Shown here: piece after piece, positions 49,409 to 59,699 of the stretch
Numbering within the stretch: position 1 is the stretch's first letter
Layout: every line of letters starts with the position of its first letter
Assembly: GCA_016124235.1 (NCBI GenBank)
Contig: WGOC01000013.1
Location: 153,416 to 217,415 of the forward strand
Direction of reading: 5' to 3'
Source of the DNA: a bacterium
GTDB lineage: Bacteria > Verrucomicrobiota > Verrucomicrobiia > Limisphaerales > RI-55
Length of the DNA: 64,000 nucleotides
Notes under the pieces: generated by a model
What the model was told of the DNA's origin: nothing
What the model saw: only the letters and a program-made list of their open reading frames with translations
Database searches by the model: none
Program-made: the position numbers and the translations under genes

Positions 49409-50386
49409 ATGCTTTATCCATTCATCTTCGAACCCATTTTCAAGGAACGCGTCTGGGGCGGCCGCCGCATCGCCGAGCTTTACGACAAACCGCTGCCGGC
49501 CGGACGCCCCATTGGCGAATCCTGGGAAATCTCTGATCGTCCCGGCGATATCAGCGTGATCAAAAACGGCCCGTTGGCGGGTCGCGATTTGCACTGGCTG
49601 GTCACAAATCACGCGACGGACGTTTTTGGCGATGCGTTCCCGTTGCCGCCAACTCATTTCCCGTGGTTAATCAAGATTCTCGATGCGCAGGACAAGCTTT
49701 CGCTCCAAGTGCATCCGCCGGCGGAAATCGCCGCCGAAATGGGCGGCGAACCCAAAACTGAAATGTGGTATGTGGCCGCCGCCACACCAGACGCCGATAT
49801 CTTTGCTGGCCTCAAGCGCGGCGTCACCCGTGCCGAGTTCGAGCATAAAACCGCCGACGGCACCGTCGCGGAATGTTTCCATCGGATCGTGGTCAAACCG
49901 GGCGATTGCATGTTTCTCCGGAGCGGACGCGTGCATGCGTTGGGTGCCGGCAGCGTCATCTTTGAAATCCAGCAAAACTCCGACACGACCTATCGTGTGT
50001 TTGATTGGAACCGTGTCGGACTCGATGGCAAACCGCGCGATCTGCACATCGAACAGTCGATGCGCTCGATTGATTTTGCGGACTTCGAACCAGAGCTCGT
50101 TCCACCAAAGATCGAACCGACAGCTTTCGGCAGCACAAGACCATTGGTGGACGATCCGCTGTTTCGCGTGACGAAAGTCGAAATTCAGCCCGACAAATCG
50201 ATGAACCTCGACGACGCCACAATGCAAGTGGTCGGACTGCTGAACGGCTCGGCAAAGATTACTTCACCCGCCGGCGAATTGGAAATCCGGGGCGGCCAGT
50301 TCATGTTGATCCCCGCGGCCGTTTCGCCAACCGCAATCAAAGCGGCCGAAGGGCTTGAATTCTTGTGGGTTCGACCGGGCGAATGA
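49409..50386 (+). CDS. manA: Mannose-6-phosphate isomerase, class I
   Basis: VWGG, IGESWE, KILDA, LSLQVHP, KTEMWY, VHA, EIQQNSDTTYR. Confidence 0.93.
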   Translation: MLYPFIFEPIFKERVWGGRRIAELYDKPLPAGRPIGESWEISDRPGDISVIKNGPLAGRDLHWLVTNHATDVFGDAFPLPPTHFPWLIKILDAQDKLSLQVHPPAEIAAEMGGEPKTEMWYVAAATPDADIFAGLKRGVTRAEFEHKTADGTVAECFHRIVVKPGDCMFLRSGRVHALGAGSVIFEIQQNSDTTYRVFDWNRVGLDGKPRDLHIEQSMRSIDFADFEPELVPPKIEPTAFGSTRPLVDDPLFRVTKVEIQPDKSMNLDDATMQVVGLLNGSAKITSPAGELEIRGGQFMLIPAAVSPTAIKAAEGLEFLWVRPGE

Positions 50387-50433
50387 AATCCGCGTTTGCG
50401 ACGCGGGTTCACCGGCGCTAGTTTGGGGCAGCG

Positions 50434-50883
50434 ATGGCAGACAGGCAAAAAAACGGCTTCCTCAAGAACTGGCTCTTCACCTCGATCTCGGTGCTGGCGG
50501 CGGCAAAAATTGTGCCGGGCATCGAATGTCAGGGCTGGGGCACTTTGCTAATTGCCGCGTTGTTGCTGGGCGTTTTCAACGCGATTTTAAAGCCCATCCT
50601 GTTTCTGCTCACGCTGCCGCTGCAACTTCTCACGCTCGGTTTATTCACGCTCGTGATCAACGCCTTGCTGCTCATGTTGACCGCGCAGTTTGTGAAGGAG
50701 TTCTACGTGGATGGTTTTTGGGCGGCCTTTTTTGGCGGCTTGTTGATCAGCGTCGTCAGCGGGTTTCTAAACCTGTTCTTCGGCGGCAGCGGGAAACGAA
50801 TGGAGGCGCATGTCTACACTCAAAGTGAAGCCCCTCGCCGTCCACCCAAGGATCTCGGCGATGGTCCGGTGATCGACGTTTAA
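50434..50883 (+). CDS. YvlD-like four-TM 'phage holin family' membrane protein
   Basis: NAILKPILFLLTLP...LTLGLFTLVINA, VDGFWAA. Confidence 0.88.
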   Translation: MADRQKNGFLKNWLFTSISVLAAAKIVPGIECQGWGTLLIAALLLGVFNAILKPILFLLTLPLQLLTLGLFTLVINALLLMLTAQFVKEFYVDGFWAAFFGGLLISVVSGFLNLFFGGSGKRMEAHVYTQSEAPRRPPKDLGDGPVIDV

Positions 50884-50956
50884 TTTGTCCGAGTCGAACG
50901 TCTAATCTCACCTTTTCCGCTCGCGCGTGAGGTTGCGCACGGGTAGGAATTCATCC

Positions 50957-52045
50957 ATGCAATTCACCTTTCGCGGACTCACTGTCGCTGCGTTGGCCGG
51001 CGCATTTCTCCTTTCCACTACACAAGCCGAACAATTGAAACGTGTCGCGCAATCGGACTTCGGCAAGGCGGACGACGGTTCCGACGTGAAACTGGTGACG
51101 CTGCGCAACGCGAACGGCATGAGCGCCGAGATCATCACCTACGGCGCGATCATCAAAAATCTTCAGGCGCCGGATCGCGACGGGCATTTCACCAACGTCG
51201 TGCTCTCGACGGATACTCTGAAACATTACGAGCACGGCTTCGGTGGTGCGGCGGCAATCATCGGGCGCGTGGCCAACCGGATTGCGGGCGCGCAGTTCGA
51301 GTTGGATGGCGAAGCCTACCACCTGAACGCAAACAACGGAAAGAACACGATTCACGGCGGGCGCAAGGGTTTCGCACAATCGGTGTGGACGGTGGCCGAT
51401 ACTGCGTTCACCGAGCACGAGGCGTCGGTCACGCTACGTTATCTGAGCAAGGACGGCGAGGAAGGTTTCCCCGGAAATCTCGACACGACGCTGACCTACA
51501 CGTTGACCGACAAAAACGAGCTGGGGCTCGACTACAAGGCGACGACGGACAAGCCGACGATCGTGAATCTCACAAGCCACGCGTATTGGAATCTCGGCGG
51601 TGGCGGCAGCGCGTTGGACAACATCCTTTGTATTCCGTCATCCAGCTACACGCCGGCGGATCGCGAGCTGATCCCGACCGGTGAAATCGCGCCCGTCGCA
51701 GGCACGCCGATCGATTTCAACAAGCCGACCCGGATCGGCGATCGGATCGAACAATTGAAACCGCGCATGAACGGCTACGATCACAATTACATTCTCGGCA
51801 AGGACGGCGTGATGAAGCCCGCCGCGCGTTTGGTGGAACCCAAAAGTGGTCGGGTGATGGAAGTGAGAACCACGCAACCCGCGGTGCAGCTCTACACGGG
51901 AAATCATCTGAACTACACCGCCGTGTGTCTGGAAACGCAGCACTACCCGGACTCCATTCACCACGACAACTTCCCGTCCATCGTCGTTCGTCCCGGCAAG
52001 CCGTTCCACGAAACGACCGTGTTTACGTTTTCAACGGAGAAGTAG
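50957..52045 (+). CDS. galM: Aldose 1-epimerase (mutarotase) with signal peptide
   Basis: GRVANRI, HGG, GFPG, NLTSHAYWNL, YDHNY, CLETQ. Confidence 0.92.
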   Translation: MQFTFRGLTVAALAGAFLLSTTQAEQLKRVAQSDFGKADDGSDVKLVTLRNANGMSAEIITYGAIIKNLQAPDRDGHFTNVVLSTDTLKHYEHGFGGAAAIIGRVANRIAGAQFELDGEAYHLNANNGKNTIHGGRKGFAQSVWTVADTAFTEHEASVTLRYLSKDGEEGFPGNLDTTLTYTLTDKNELGLDYKATTDKPTIVNLTSHAYWNLGGGGSALDNILCIPSSSYTPADRELIPTGEIAPVAGTPIDFNKPTRIGDRIEQLKPRMNGYDHNYILGKDGVMKPAARLVEPKSGRVMEVRTTQPAVQLYTGNHLNYTAVCLETQHYPDSIHHDNFPSIVVRPGKPFHETTVFTFSTEK

Positions 52046-52057
52046 CAGACTTACTGC

Positions 52058-54505
52058 ATGCGAATCCGCTCATCAAAAGCGCGCGGTAAACGTCTGTTCG
52101 CACTCACCGTCATTCTTCCGGCGCTCAGCGCTGTTGCCGCTCAACCGCAGCAGTCCACGCTGAGTGACGCGCCCCAAATGCGGCCGGTGCCTTATTACCG
52201 CGTGGCGCTGTCGGATCCGTTCTGGAAGCCACGGATCGAATCGAACCGCACGACGAGTCTTCCGATGATGTACCAGCTGTTTGTGGACAACCACAACCTA
52301 GACAACTTCAAGAAAGCAGCGGGACGGATGACCGGCGATCAAGATGGATTTCCCTGGGCCGATTCAGACGTCTACAAAACGTTGGAGGGAATGGTCTACG
52401 CCAACAAACTGCATCCCGACCCGGAAATGGAACAGAAGCTGGAAGCGGCAATCAGCGACATCGCGGCAGCGCAGCGCAAGGATGGTTACCTCGATACCTA
52501 CATCCAGCTGGGCAACATGAACCGAGGTGGCGGTGCGGGTTCCTGGGGCGGCGTCAAACCGGCCGATGGTGTTTCCTTCCAGAGCTGGGAACTTCCTTAC
52601 GCCTTGCACGAATCCTACTGCATGGGACACCTGATTGAAGCAGCCGTGGCGGACTACGATGCGACCGGCCGCTCCGATTTTCTGAACATCGCGAGAAAGA
52701 GCGCGGATTACCTTTTCTCCACCTGCGGACCGTCTCCCAAGACCGCGGTCATTCCCGGGCATCAGGGCGTGGAACTGGCGTTGATGCGACTGTGGTCTTT
52801 ACCAGAAAAGGGAAGAGCATCGGACCTCGAGGTCACAAAATATTTTCTCGATGAGCGGGGACGCCAATCCGACGGACGAAGTATCTACGGTGAGTTCTCG
52901 CAGGATCTCCGCCCCGTTCGGCAAGAGACGGAACCACTTGGTCACTGCGTTCGCGGTGCCTACATGTGGGCCGCCGCCACCGATGTGGCCGCGGCAACCG
53001 GAGATGCGCAATTGCTCGAGACGATGGAGAAACTCTGGGACAACGTTGTTTCCAAAAAGATGTATGTAACCGGCGGCACAGGTGGCGGGCTCTACAACGA
53101 AGGATTCGGGCCGGACTACGACCTGTCCCACAACTACGCCTACAACGAAACTTGCGCCGCCTGCGCAATGATGTTCTGGACTCATCGTCTGGCTGGCGTA
53201 AGCGGTGATTCCAAATACACCGATGTGTTCGAGCGTATCCTCTACAACGGTTTCGCCAGCGGACGTTCGCTCGATGGAACTCGGCTTTATTACAACAATT
53301 TTGTCAAACGGACCAAGGTGCGCGGGCGGCAGGGAATCGTCTGTTGCGCCGGCAACACCGTGCGGACGGTGCCCTCGATTTCCGGCTACCAATACGCCAC
53401 GAAAGCGGACGACGGTGTCTGGACGCATCTCTACATGGCCGGCAAAGCAACCATCCCTTACGGCGATGGCGAGATTACGATCGATCAGCAAACGAGCTAT
53501 CCTTGGGACGGAAACGTGAAACTCACGTTCGCTTCGAACGATCCGGTTTCGATGACACTACATCTCCGGATTCCTGAATGGGCCAAAGGTGCTACCACAA
53601 GTATCAACGGACAATCCATCACCATGGATAATCTTGAGAAAGGCTACCTACCCATCCACCGCACTTGGAAAACAGGAGACGTGTTGAAGCTGAATTTTCC
53701 CATGACACCGCGTCGCATTTATTCGGACCCCAAAGTCTGGGCGGACCAAGGGCGAGTCGCGATCGCGCGGGGACCGCTGGTGTATTGCCTGGAGAGCAAC
53801 GATAATTCCGTGCCGGTGGACCAGTTCATCATTCCGCGGGACGCGAGCCTGACATCATCCGACTTCAAAGCCGACGAACTCGGCGGAGTTGTGAAAATCA
53901 CGGGCACGGGAATCAACGCAGTGAACGGTGCAACGGTCGACTTCACCATGATTCCTTACGCTCTGTGGGACAACCGCACGCACGACAGTGGCATGGTCGT
54001 AATGATTCCCGAGACCATGGGAACCAAGGAAGGACCGATTGACGGTGGGCGCGCCACGACGGCGAGGGTCACCTGTTCATCGGTGAAACCGGGCGATTCC
54101 GCAACGGCGGTGAACGACGGTATTTTACCGAGCGCCTGGAACGGTGTGGATGGTAGCAAGGACAAAACGATTCCTCGCTTCACGTGGGCCGGTAAACAGA
54201 GCGACAACGAATGGATCGCTTATGAATTTCCAGAGCCTCTCTCCATCGGACGAACCGATATTTTCTGGGCTGCGGATCACGAGGAAACTGATTTTCCAAA
54301 AACGTTTCACATTGAGTATTGGGAAAACGGCAACTGGAAAACGGTGGAACTGGATGCCGACTACATGAACGCAGTCGATCTCTACTCCGACAGTCACTTC
54401 ACGATCGTACGATTCAAACCCGTCACCACGGCCAAGCTCCGACTGGTGGCCGAACTCAAGGCCGGCAAGTCTTCCGGCATTCTGGAGTGGCGACTGCCGT
54501 ATTGA
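52058..54505 (+). CDS. GH127 (beta-L-arabinofuranosidase-like) glycoside hydrolase with C-terminal discoidin-like domain
   Basis: DSDVYK, YCMGH, GHCVR, YVTGG, YNETC, CCAGN, RGPLVYC. Confidence 0.9.
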   Translation: MRIRSSKARGKRLFALTVILPALSAVAAQPQQSTLSDAPQMRPVPYYRVALSDPFWKPRIESNRTTSLPMMYQLFVDNHNLDNFKKAAGRMTGDQDGFPWADSDVYKTLEGMVYANKLHPDPEMEQKLEAAISDIAAAQRKDGYLDTYIQLGNMNRGGGAGSWGGVKPADGVSFQSWELPYALHESYCMGHLIEAAVADYDATGRSDFLNIARKSADYLFSTCGPSPKTAVIPGHQGVELALMRLWSLPEKGRASDLEVTKYFLDERGRQSDGRSIYGEFSQDLRPVRQETEPLGHCVRGAYMWAAATDVAAATGDAQLLETMEKLWDNVVSKKMYVTGGTGGGLYNEGFGPDYDLSHNYAYNETCAACAMMFWTHRLAGVSGDSKYTDVFERILYNGFASGRSLDGTRLYYNNFVKRTKVRGRQGIVCCAGNTVRTVPSISGYQYATKADDGVWTHLYMAGKATIPYGDGEITIDQQTSYPWDGNVKLTFASNDPVSMTLHLRIPEWAKGATTSINGQSITMDNLEKGYLPIHRTWKTGDVLKLNFPMTPRRIYSDPKVWADQGRVAIARGPLVYCLESNDNSVPVDQFIIPRDASLTSSDFKADELGGVVKITGTGINAVNGATVDFTMIPYALWDNRTHDSGMVVMIPETMGTKEGPIDGGRATTARVTCSSVKPGDSATAVNDGILPSAWNGVDGSKDKTIPRFTWAGKQSDNEWIAYEFPEPLSIGRTDIFWAADHEETDFPKTFHIEYWENGNWKTVELDADYMNAVDLYSDSHFTIVRFKPVTTAKLRLVAELKAGKSSGILEWRLPY

Positions 54506-54525
54506 TGGCGGGACCCGAACGCGAC

Positions 54526-57054
54526 TCACTTGGGCTGCCAGGGAATCGCGTTCGTGAAGAAGTTCGCGTCCAACGCCTCGGCCCAGAGCTGCGCGGCTTT
54601 TCTTTCACCAGATTCGCTGAGGTGAATTCCGTCAACCGTGTCGGCTTTATCCAAGGTGTCGTAGTCCGGTCCCGGGAAACAAACCGGGAACTCCTGGATC
54701 ATGCGTTCCTGCACACGCCGAATCTGACCAAAGGCGTCGGGCGGCGACTGTCGATTGACCACCACCGCCAGATTTGGGAAGCCGACGTCCCTCCGGGCCT
54801 GCTCGATCCACGCTCCGTAATTCGCGAACAGCTTCGCCTCGTCTTTCTCCGGCCAGTCGTTCTGACCTTGATCCGCGAGAATCGCTCTCAGCCCGGTGAC
54901 CGAACAGTAACGAGTCAGAGCGTGGTATAAACGGATGTACGGCATGCGAATGGACGAAGAGACAAACGAATGCTCGAACGGTTCGCCGCGCGCGGACTTC
55001 GCCCAATGTTCCAGACTGGTTCCGCCAAACGCTGCGTTGAGAAGCAACACCGGCACGTTCTGTTCCCGGGCGACTCGTTCCGCAAACGCTGCCCAGAAGT
55101 AAGTGCCGTTCCCCGCCGGAGCAGGCTGCACTTCGGAACCAAATTGCGATCCGACCCCCTGTGGCAGAAAGCGAGGGTCGCCGGTGGACTTGTAGCGCCA
55201 CTTGGATTCTGTGTCGCCCGACGGCAACGCGATGGTATTCACGCGATCGTCCTGTGCGCCGGGAATGTTAATCTCGCCACCGTGCGCCACGGAATGCCCC
55301 ACGACAACAAACACCTCACCCACTCCAACTCGTTGAACGGTTTCAATCGCGCGGAAATCATCTTTGCACGCACGCACTTTCAGAGTGTACCAACCGGCCG
55401 CTGCGTTCAGTCGGCCTTCGTACGAATTGTCGGGCAGAACGGTTCCCAATGAAGACCACTCACCAGCCTCGCTGGTTTCGAGATCGATCAACTGCGCCTC
55501 CACGATTGCTCCCGGCCACGCGCATGTTCCTTTGACGGGGATCGTCGCGTTCCCCTCCTGATTCCGTTGAAAGACCAGCCGGTTCGCCGGTGAGGCAACT
55601 GACAGAGTTCGCTGGGCTGATGCTCCCTCCGTCGGTCGCAAACGAATGAACGCAACGGACGGGGCATTCAACGTCAGGCGAAGCGCAGCGTTCTCGCCAA
55701 CAATTCTCTCGGTCCGCACGTCAGCAAAATTATGTTCCGCGTCGATCGTGTGAATCTCCGCCGTCACACCACCGGTCCAATCGAAGCTTTTCCAATCCAC
55801 GTCAAACTCCGAACGCGGACCGGCGAAATTGCTCACCAACAGTGATGCCTCCCGACCGTCATTACTCACGCCAGCAGCGAAGGCGATTTTGCCCGGCACA
55901 GCACCGCTGGTTTCCACACGGCGCGGCGTCTCCATCAGTCCGTGAAAAGCACGGAGCGCTTGATAGACTTTTGACGGCACGCCCTGTTCGGAGAAGATGC
56001 CGAACGCACCGAGTTCGCCGTGATAGAAATTGCAGATGTTGACCGGAGGGTCCTGCAGTTCCAGAAGCGCGGCGGTGACGAACGCCGCTCCGGGCGCGCC
56101 TGCCATCTCCCGATAGGTGCGCTCGCGGGTAGTCGGCGTCGCCTGACTCATGATCGCCCCCCAATCGTTGTGAGGCAGATAATTCCATTCATTGAGATGA
56201 CTCTCGGTTTCTGTAAATCCTTTTGAATCGAGCAGCCTGCGGATCGCGCGGGAGCGCTTTGTAAGTTCGGTGGGATCGTCGGTGTAACAGTGCCACGAAA
56301 AGAAATTCAACGGCACGTTGTCGCGGCGACACATCGCGAGAAACTCGACCGCGAAATCCGTCGGACGGAATTCGCCCTGAACGAACTGGCCGCTGGCGCC
56401 GAGTGCAGGGCCGCCAACCTTCACATCGGGGAACTCTTTTTTAATCGCCGTCGCCGCCGTGCGGTAGAGCCGCAGGTAGTCATCATCCGTTCCGGTCCAC
56501 ATGGCCGGCCGGTTCTCGGGCTCGTTCCAGATTTCCCAGTAGCGGATGTTGTAATGAAATCCGTTGGCCCAGCCCTCGTTGTAATGACGAATGATTCCGA
56601 GGCATACCGCCGTCCATTTTTCCATGTCCGCCGGTGGATGGACATACCGCTTCACGCTCGTGTGCTCAATGCTCTCGCCCAGCCGGTAAATCGGTTCCGC
56701 GCCGGTCTCGCGCACGGCGGCGATGTATTCATCGGTAAGGGCGAAATCGTAGCTCTCGGGCAGTGACGGATCGGCGTCGGGATTCGGGAAAACCGCGTGG
56801 TGATCGACCACGTAGGGATTGGGCCAGCCGCAGTCGTGCAGGCGCGTGAACGGAATGCCGAGTTCCTTCTGCTCCTTGATGACATCGAAAACTCCGCCGG
56901 GCGCAAGCGGTCCTTTGTTGATTCCGTTGAGCGCACGAATGGTACCGACATGGACGGAGAAATCCGCGCTCAGGACCGTCTCGTCGGCGACCAAGGAAAG
57001 CGGAACCAGCATCGCGACAACCAATGCGGAAATTCGAAAACCGGATGAAAACAT
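54526..57054 (-). CDS. GH39-like glycoside hydrolase fused to a sialate O-acetylesterase-like (SGNH) domain
   Basis: TRLHD, YWEIWNEP, FFSWH, LNEWN; then VGVGEVFVVVGHS, GGTS, DGIH. Confidence 0.82.
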   Translation of the reverse strand: MFSSGFRISALVVAMLVPLSLVADETVLSADFSVHVGTIRALNGINKGPLAPGGVFDVIKEQKELGIPFTRLHDCGWPNPYVVDHHAVFPNPDADPSLPESYDFALTDEYIAAVRETGAEPIYRLGESIEHTSVKRYVHPPADMEKWTAVCLGIIRHYNEGWANGFHYNIRYWEIWNEPENRPAMWTGTDDDYLRLYRTAATAIKKEFPDVKVGGPALGASGQFVQGEFRPTDFAVEFLAMCRRDNVPLNFFSWHCYTDDPTELTKRSRAIRRLLDSKGFTETESHLNEWNYLPHNDWGAIMSQATPTTRERTYREMAGAPGAAFVTAALLELQDPPVNICNFYHGELGAFGIFSEQGVPSKVYQALRAFHGLMETPRRVETSGAVPGKIAFAAGVSNDGREASLLVSNFAGPRSEFDVDWKSFDWTGGVTAEIHTIDAEHNFADVRTERIVGENAALRLTLNAPSVAFIRLRPTEGASAQRTLSVASPANRLVFQRNQEGNATIPVKGTCAWPGAIVEAQLIDLETSEAGEWSSLGTVLPDNSYEGRLNAAAGWYTLKVRACKDDFRAIETVQRVGVGEVFVVVGHSVAHGGEINIPGAQDDRVNTIALPSGDTESKWRYKSTGDPRFLPQGVGSQFGSEVQPAPAGNGTYFWAAFAERVAREQNVPVLLLNAAFGGTSLEHWAKSARGEPFEHSFVSSSIRMPYIRLYHALTRYCSVTGLRAILADQGQNDWPEKDEAKLFANYGAWIEQARRDVGFPNLAVVVNRQSPPDAFGQIRRVQERMIQEFPVCFPGPDYDTLDKADTVDGIHLSESGERKAAQLWAEALDANFFTNAIPWQPK

Positions 57055-57398
57055 AAGTTGGTGACCGAAGGGGCTTCTTACTCGAATCCGCTTCGTGTGT
57101 TGGAAATCTTGTGTCTTTCATCCGCACCCGTCAAACCCGGGCAAGGCTGTCGCGACCGTGGCAACGATCGGATGATGAAACTCAGCCCGGCCGGTTCTGT
57201 CGGCTGTTTTCTATTTCCAGTGCCGAAGTCCGAAGGCATCCTCACTCGATCCACCATTTCCAAATTCACATCCATCATGCGAAATAGAATTCTGCTCCGG
57301 GCAGTCGGAGCATTGATCCAAATCACTCGCACGTTTCCGCCTTGGAAGTGAATATCGGTGCGGTTCAAATCGACTAACCGCCACGATTTAATTCGATC

Positions 57399-57433
57399 CA
57401 GCCGGTCCGCATCCCGAACCGGCTGACTTTTTT
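57399..57433 (+). terminator. Terminator-like hairpin in the leader of the GH92 gene
   Basis: CAGCCGGT...ACCGGCTG followed by ACTTTTTT, ending 9 nt before the ATG. Confidence 0.45.
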
Positions 57434-57442
57434 ACAAGTGTT

Positions 57443-59638
57443 ATGAAATCCGTTTTGAAGTCCGCCCTGACGCTGTTCGCGAGCGCGGCCGTAGTCGCCT
57501 CCCCGTGTCATGTCCATGCGGCCGCAAACGCAAGTTCACCGAGCGCAGGCAAATCCGTGATTGATCGGGTGAATCCTTTCCTCGGCACCGCACCATTGCT
57601 TGATGAAAAAATCATCGGCTACAAACCACCGCGCAATTGGCGTGTGTGGGCGGGCCTGACGTTTCCAGGCGCCGCGCTGCCGAACGCGATGGTGCAGCTC
57701 ACGCCGGTGACAAAGTATGGATCGGGTGCGGGCTACGAATACGAGGACAACGAAATCCTCGGCTTCACGCACACGTGCAAGGGCCACTGGAATTTGTGCA
57801 ATCTCCCGATCCTGCCGATCTCCGGCGATCACGAAGCGCCGTTCAGCGCGCAGTTCACACATGATCGCGAGAGCGCGTCGCCGGCGTTTTATCAGGTGCA
57901 TCTCGACAATTACGATGTGAACGTCCGCCTCACCTCCACGCTGCGTTGCGGTTTCCACGAATACACGTTCGCGAAGCCGGAGAAGCGCGCGATCCTGTTT
58001 GATCTCGGCCGCGCGAACAGCCGGATTTCGAATTGGGAAATCAATCTGGACGGCGACAAGGCGGTGTCCGGTTTTCAGCAGATGGGCCGCGAGAAAATCT
58101 ATTTCTACGCAACGCTCAGCGACGCGATCACGTCGATGGACGTGGTCGAGCGCGAACGTCGGGAGCGCGGCTACGCGTTGCTTCATCTCGCCGATGGCAA
58201 CAACGGTCCGGTCAATCTGAAGATCGGCATTTCCTTCGTCAGCGTCGCCAACGCGAAGGAGAATTTGCAGACCGAAATCGGCAGGCGTTCGTTCAACGAA
58301 GTGCGCGCAGCAGGCGTCGTCGAATGGCAGGCGCTGCTCGGTCAGATTCGGGTGCAGGGCGGCACGGACAAGGAGCAGTCGTTGTTCTACAGTTCGCTCT
58401 ACCGTTCGTTCCTCTGGCCCGCGTTGCGCAGCGATGTGAACGGCGAATTCACCGATGTGCAGGGCAACGTGCGGAAGGAGGACTTCAGCTACTACACGCT
58501 GCCTTCGATCTGGGACACGTTCCGCAACAAGCTCGTGCTGATCGGCATGCTGTCCCCGAAAGTCACGGGCGACATCATTCAATCGATGATCGATCGCGGC
58601 AGCCCGCGCGGGTTCATGCCGACGTTCTTCCACGGCGATCACGCGGCGCAATTCGTCGCCAGCTCCTACTTGCGCGGCATTCGCAACTTCGATGTGAACA
58701 AGGCATACGAACTCCTGCTGAACAATGCTTACAAGGAACACGGTACGCGTCCGCACATCGCAGAATACATCGCGAAGGGCTACATCTCCGATCCGGACGT
58801 GAAGGAGCCGACGACCGAGACGAAGGCCAAGGCCGGTGTTGCGAAGACGCTCGAATATGCCTACGACGACTACGGACTCGCGCTGCTCGCGAAGGCGCTT
58901 GGCGACAACGAGCACTACGAGGATCTGATGAAGCGTTCGAAGAACTACCGCAACACGTTCGATCCCGAAACGAAGTTCATGCGAGGTCGATTGGACAACG
59001 GCGACTGGATCAGCCCGTTCGTTCCTGAGCGCCCGTTCTACGAATACATGTATCGCGAGGCGAACGCGTGGCAGGTTTCCTTTTTTGCGCCGCACGACAT
59101 GCCCGGCCTCGTGGAACTCTATGGCGGCAAGGATGCGTTCGAAGCCAAGCTCGATACCTTCTTCACGCTCCCGTGGAACCCGAAATACATCGCACGGAAT
59201 GTGTCCGGTTTCCTCGGTCAATACTGCCAGGGCAACCAGCCTGATCACGAAGCGCCGTTCTCGTATTACTTCGTCGGCAAGCCGGAGAAATCACAAGCCG
59301 TGCTCGACACCTTGATGCGCGACTACTACGGCATCGGGGAAAGCGGCAACGGTCTGTCCGGCATGGACGACGCCGGTGAGATGTCCGCGTGGTATGTCTT
59401 CGCCGCGAGCGGACTCTACCCGCTCTCGACGGCGGACAACGAATTCATCGTCACCCTCCCGATCTTCGACAAAGTCGAATGGGTCATCCCCAACGAGAAA
59501 CCGTTGACCATTCAAGCTACCGGCGGCACACGCAAACTCGATTCCATCAAACTCAACGGCAAAACGCTCAACGGCTACTTCCTGCCCTACAAACAATTCA
59601 AGAACGGCGGCAAGCTCGAGCTGAAGACTGGGAAGTAA
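57443..59638 (+). CDS. GH92 alpha-mannosidase
   Basis: VNPFLGT, TFPGAALPNAMVQLTP, SIWDTFR, KTLEYAYDD, EANAWQ, GNQP, GMDDAGEMSAWYVF. Confidence 0.93.
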   Translation: MKSVLKSALTLFASAAVVASPCHVHAAANASSPSAGKSVIDRVNPFLGTAPLLDEKIIGYKPPRNWRVWAGLTFPGAALPNAMVQLTPVTKYGSGAGYEYEDNEILGFTHTCKGHWNLCNLPILPISGDHEAPFSAQFTHDRESASPAFYQVHLDNYDVNVRLTSTLRCGFHEYTFAKPEKRAILFDLGRANSRISNWEINLDGDKAVSGFQQMGREKIYFYATLSDAITSMDVVERERRERGYALLHLADGNNGPVNLKIGISFVSVANAKENLQTEIGRRSFNEVRAAGVVEWQALLGQIRVQGGTDKEQSLFYSSLYRSFLWPALRSDVNGEFTDVQGNVRKEDFSYYTLPSIWDTFRNKLVLIGMLSPKVTGDIIQSMIDRGSPRGFMPTFFHGDHAAQFVASSYLRGIRNFDVNKAYELLLNNAYKEHGTRPHIAEYIAKGYISDPDVKEPTTETKAKAGVAKTLEYAYDDYGLALLAKALGDNEHYEDLMKRSKNYRNTFDPETKFMRGRLDNGDWISPFVPERPFYEYMYREANAWQVSFFAPHDMPGLVELYGGKDAFEAKLDTFFTLPWNPKYIARNVSGFLGQYCQGNQPDHEAPFSYYFVGKPEKSQAVLDTLMRDYYGIGESGNGLSGMDDAGEMSAWYVFAASGLYPLSTADNEFIVTLPIFDKVEWVIPNEKPLTIQATGGTRKLDSIKLNGKTLNGYFLPYKQFKNGGKLELKTGK

Positions 59639-59699
59639 GGCCGACCAGACTCACACGAAATCTCGCTTCGAAATGACCCGGTCGACCATGTTGGCCGGG

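Noticed and set aside
50434-50883. Prophage suggested by a 'holin' family gene
   Set aside because: YvlD-like proteins are common chromosomal genes, and no endolysin, structural or integrase genes are nearby.
57058-57368. Short ORFs between the GH39-like and GH92 genes
   Set aside because: No recognisable motif or RBS; the interval is better explained as a divergent promoter/leader region.
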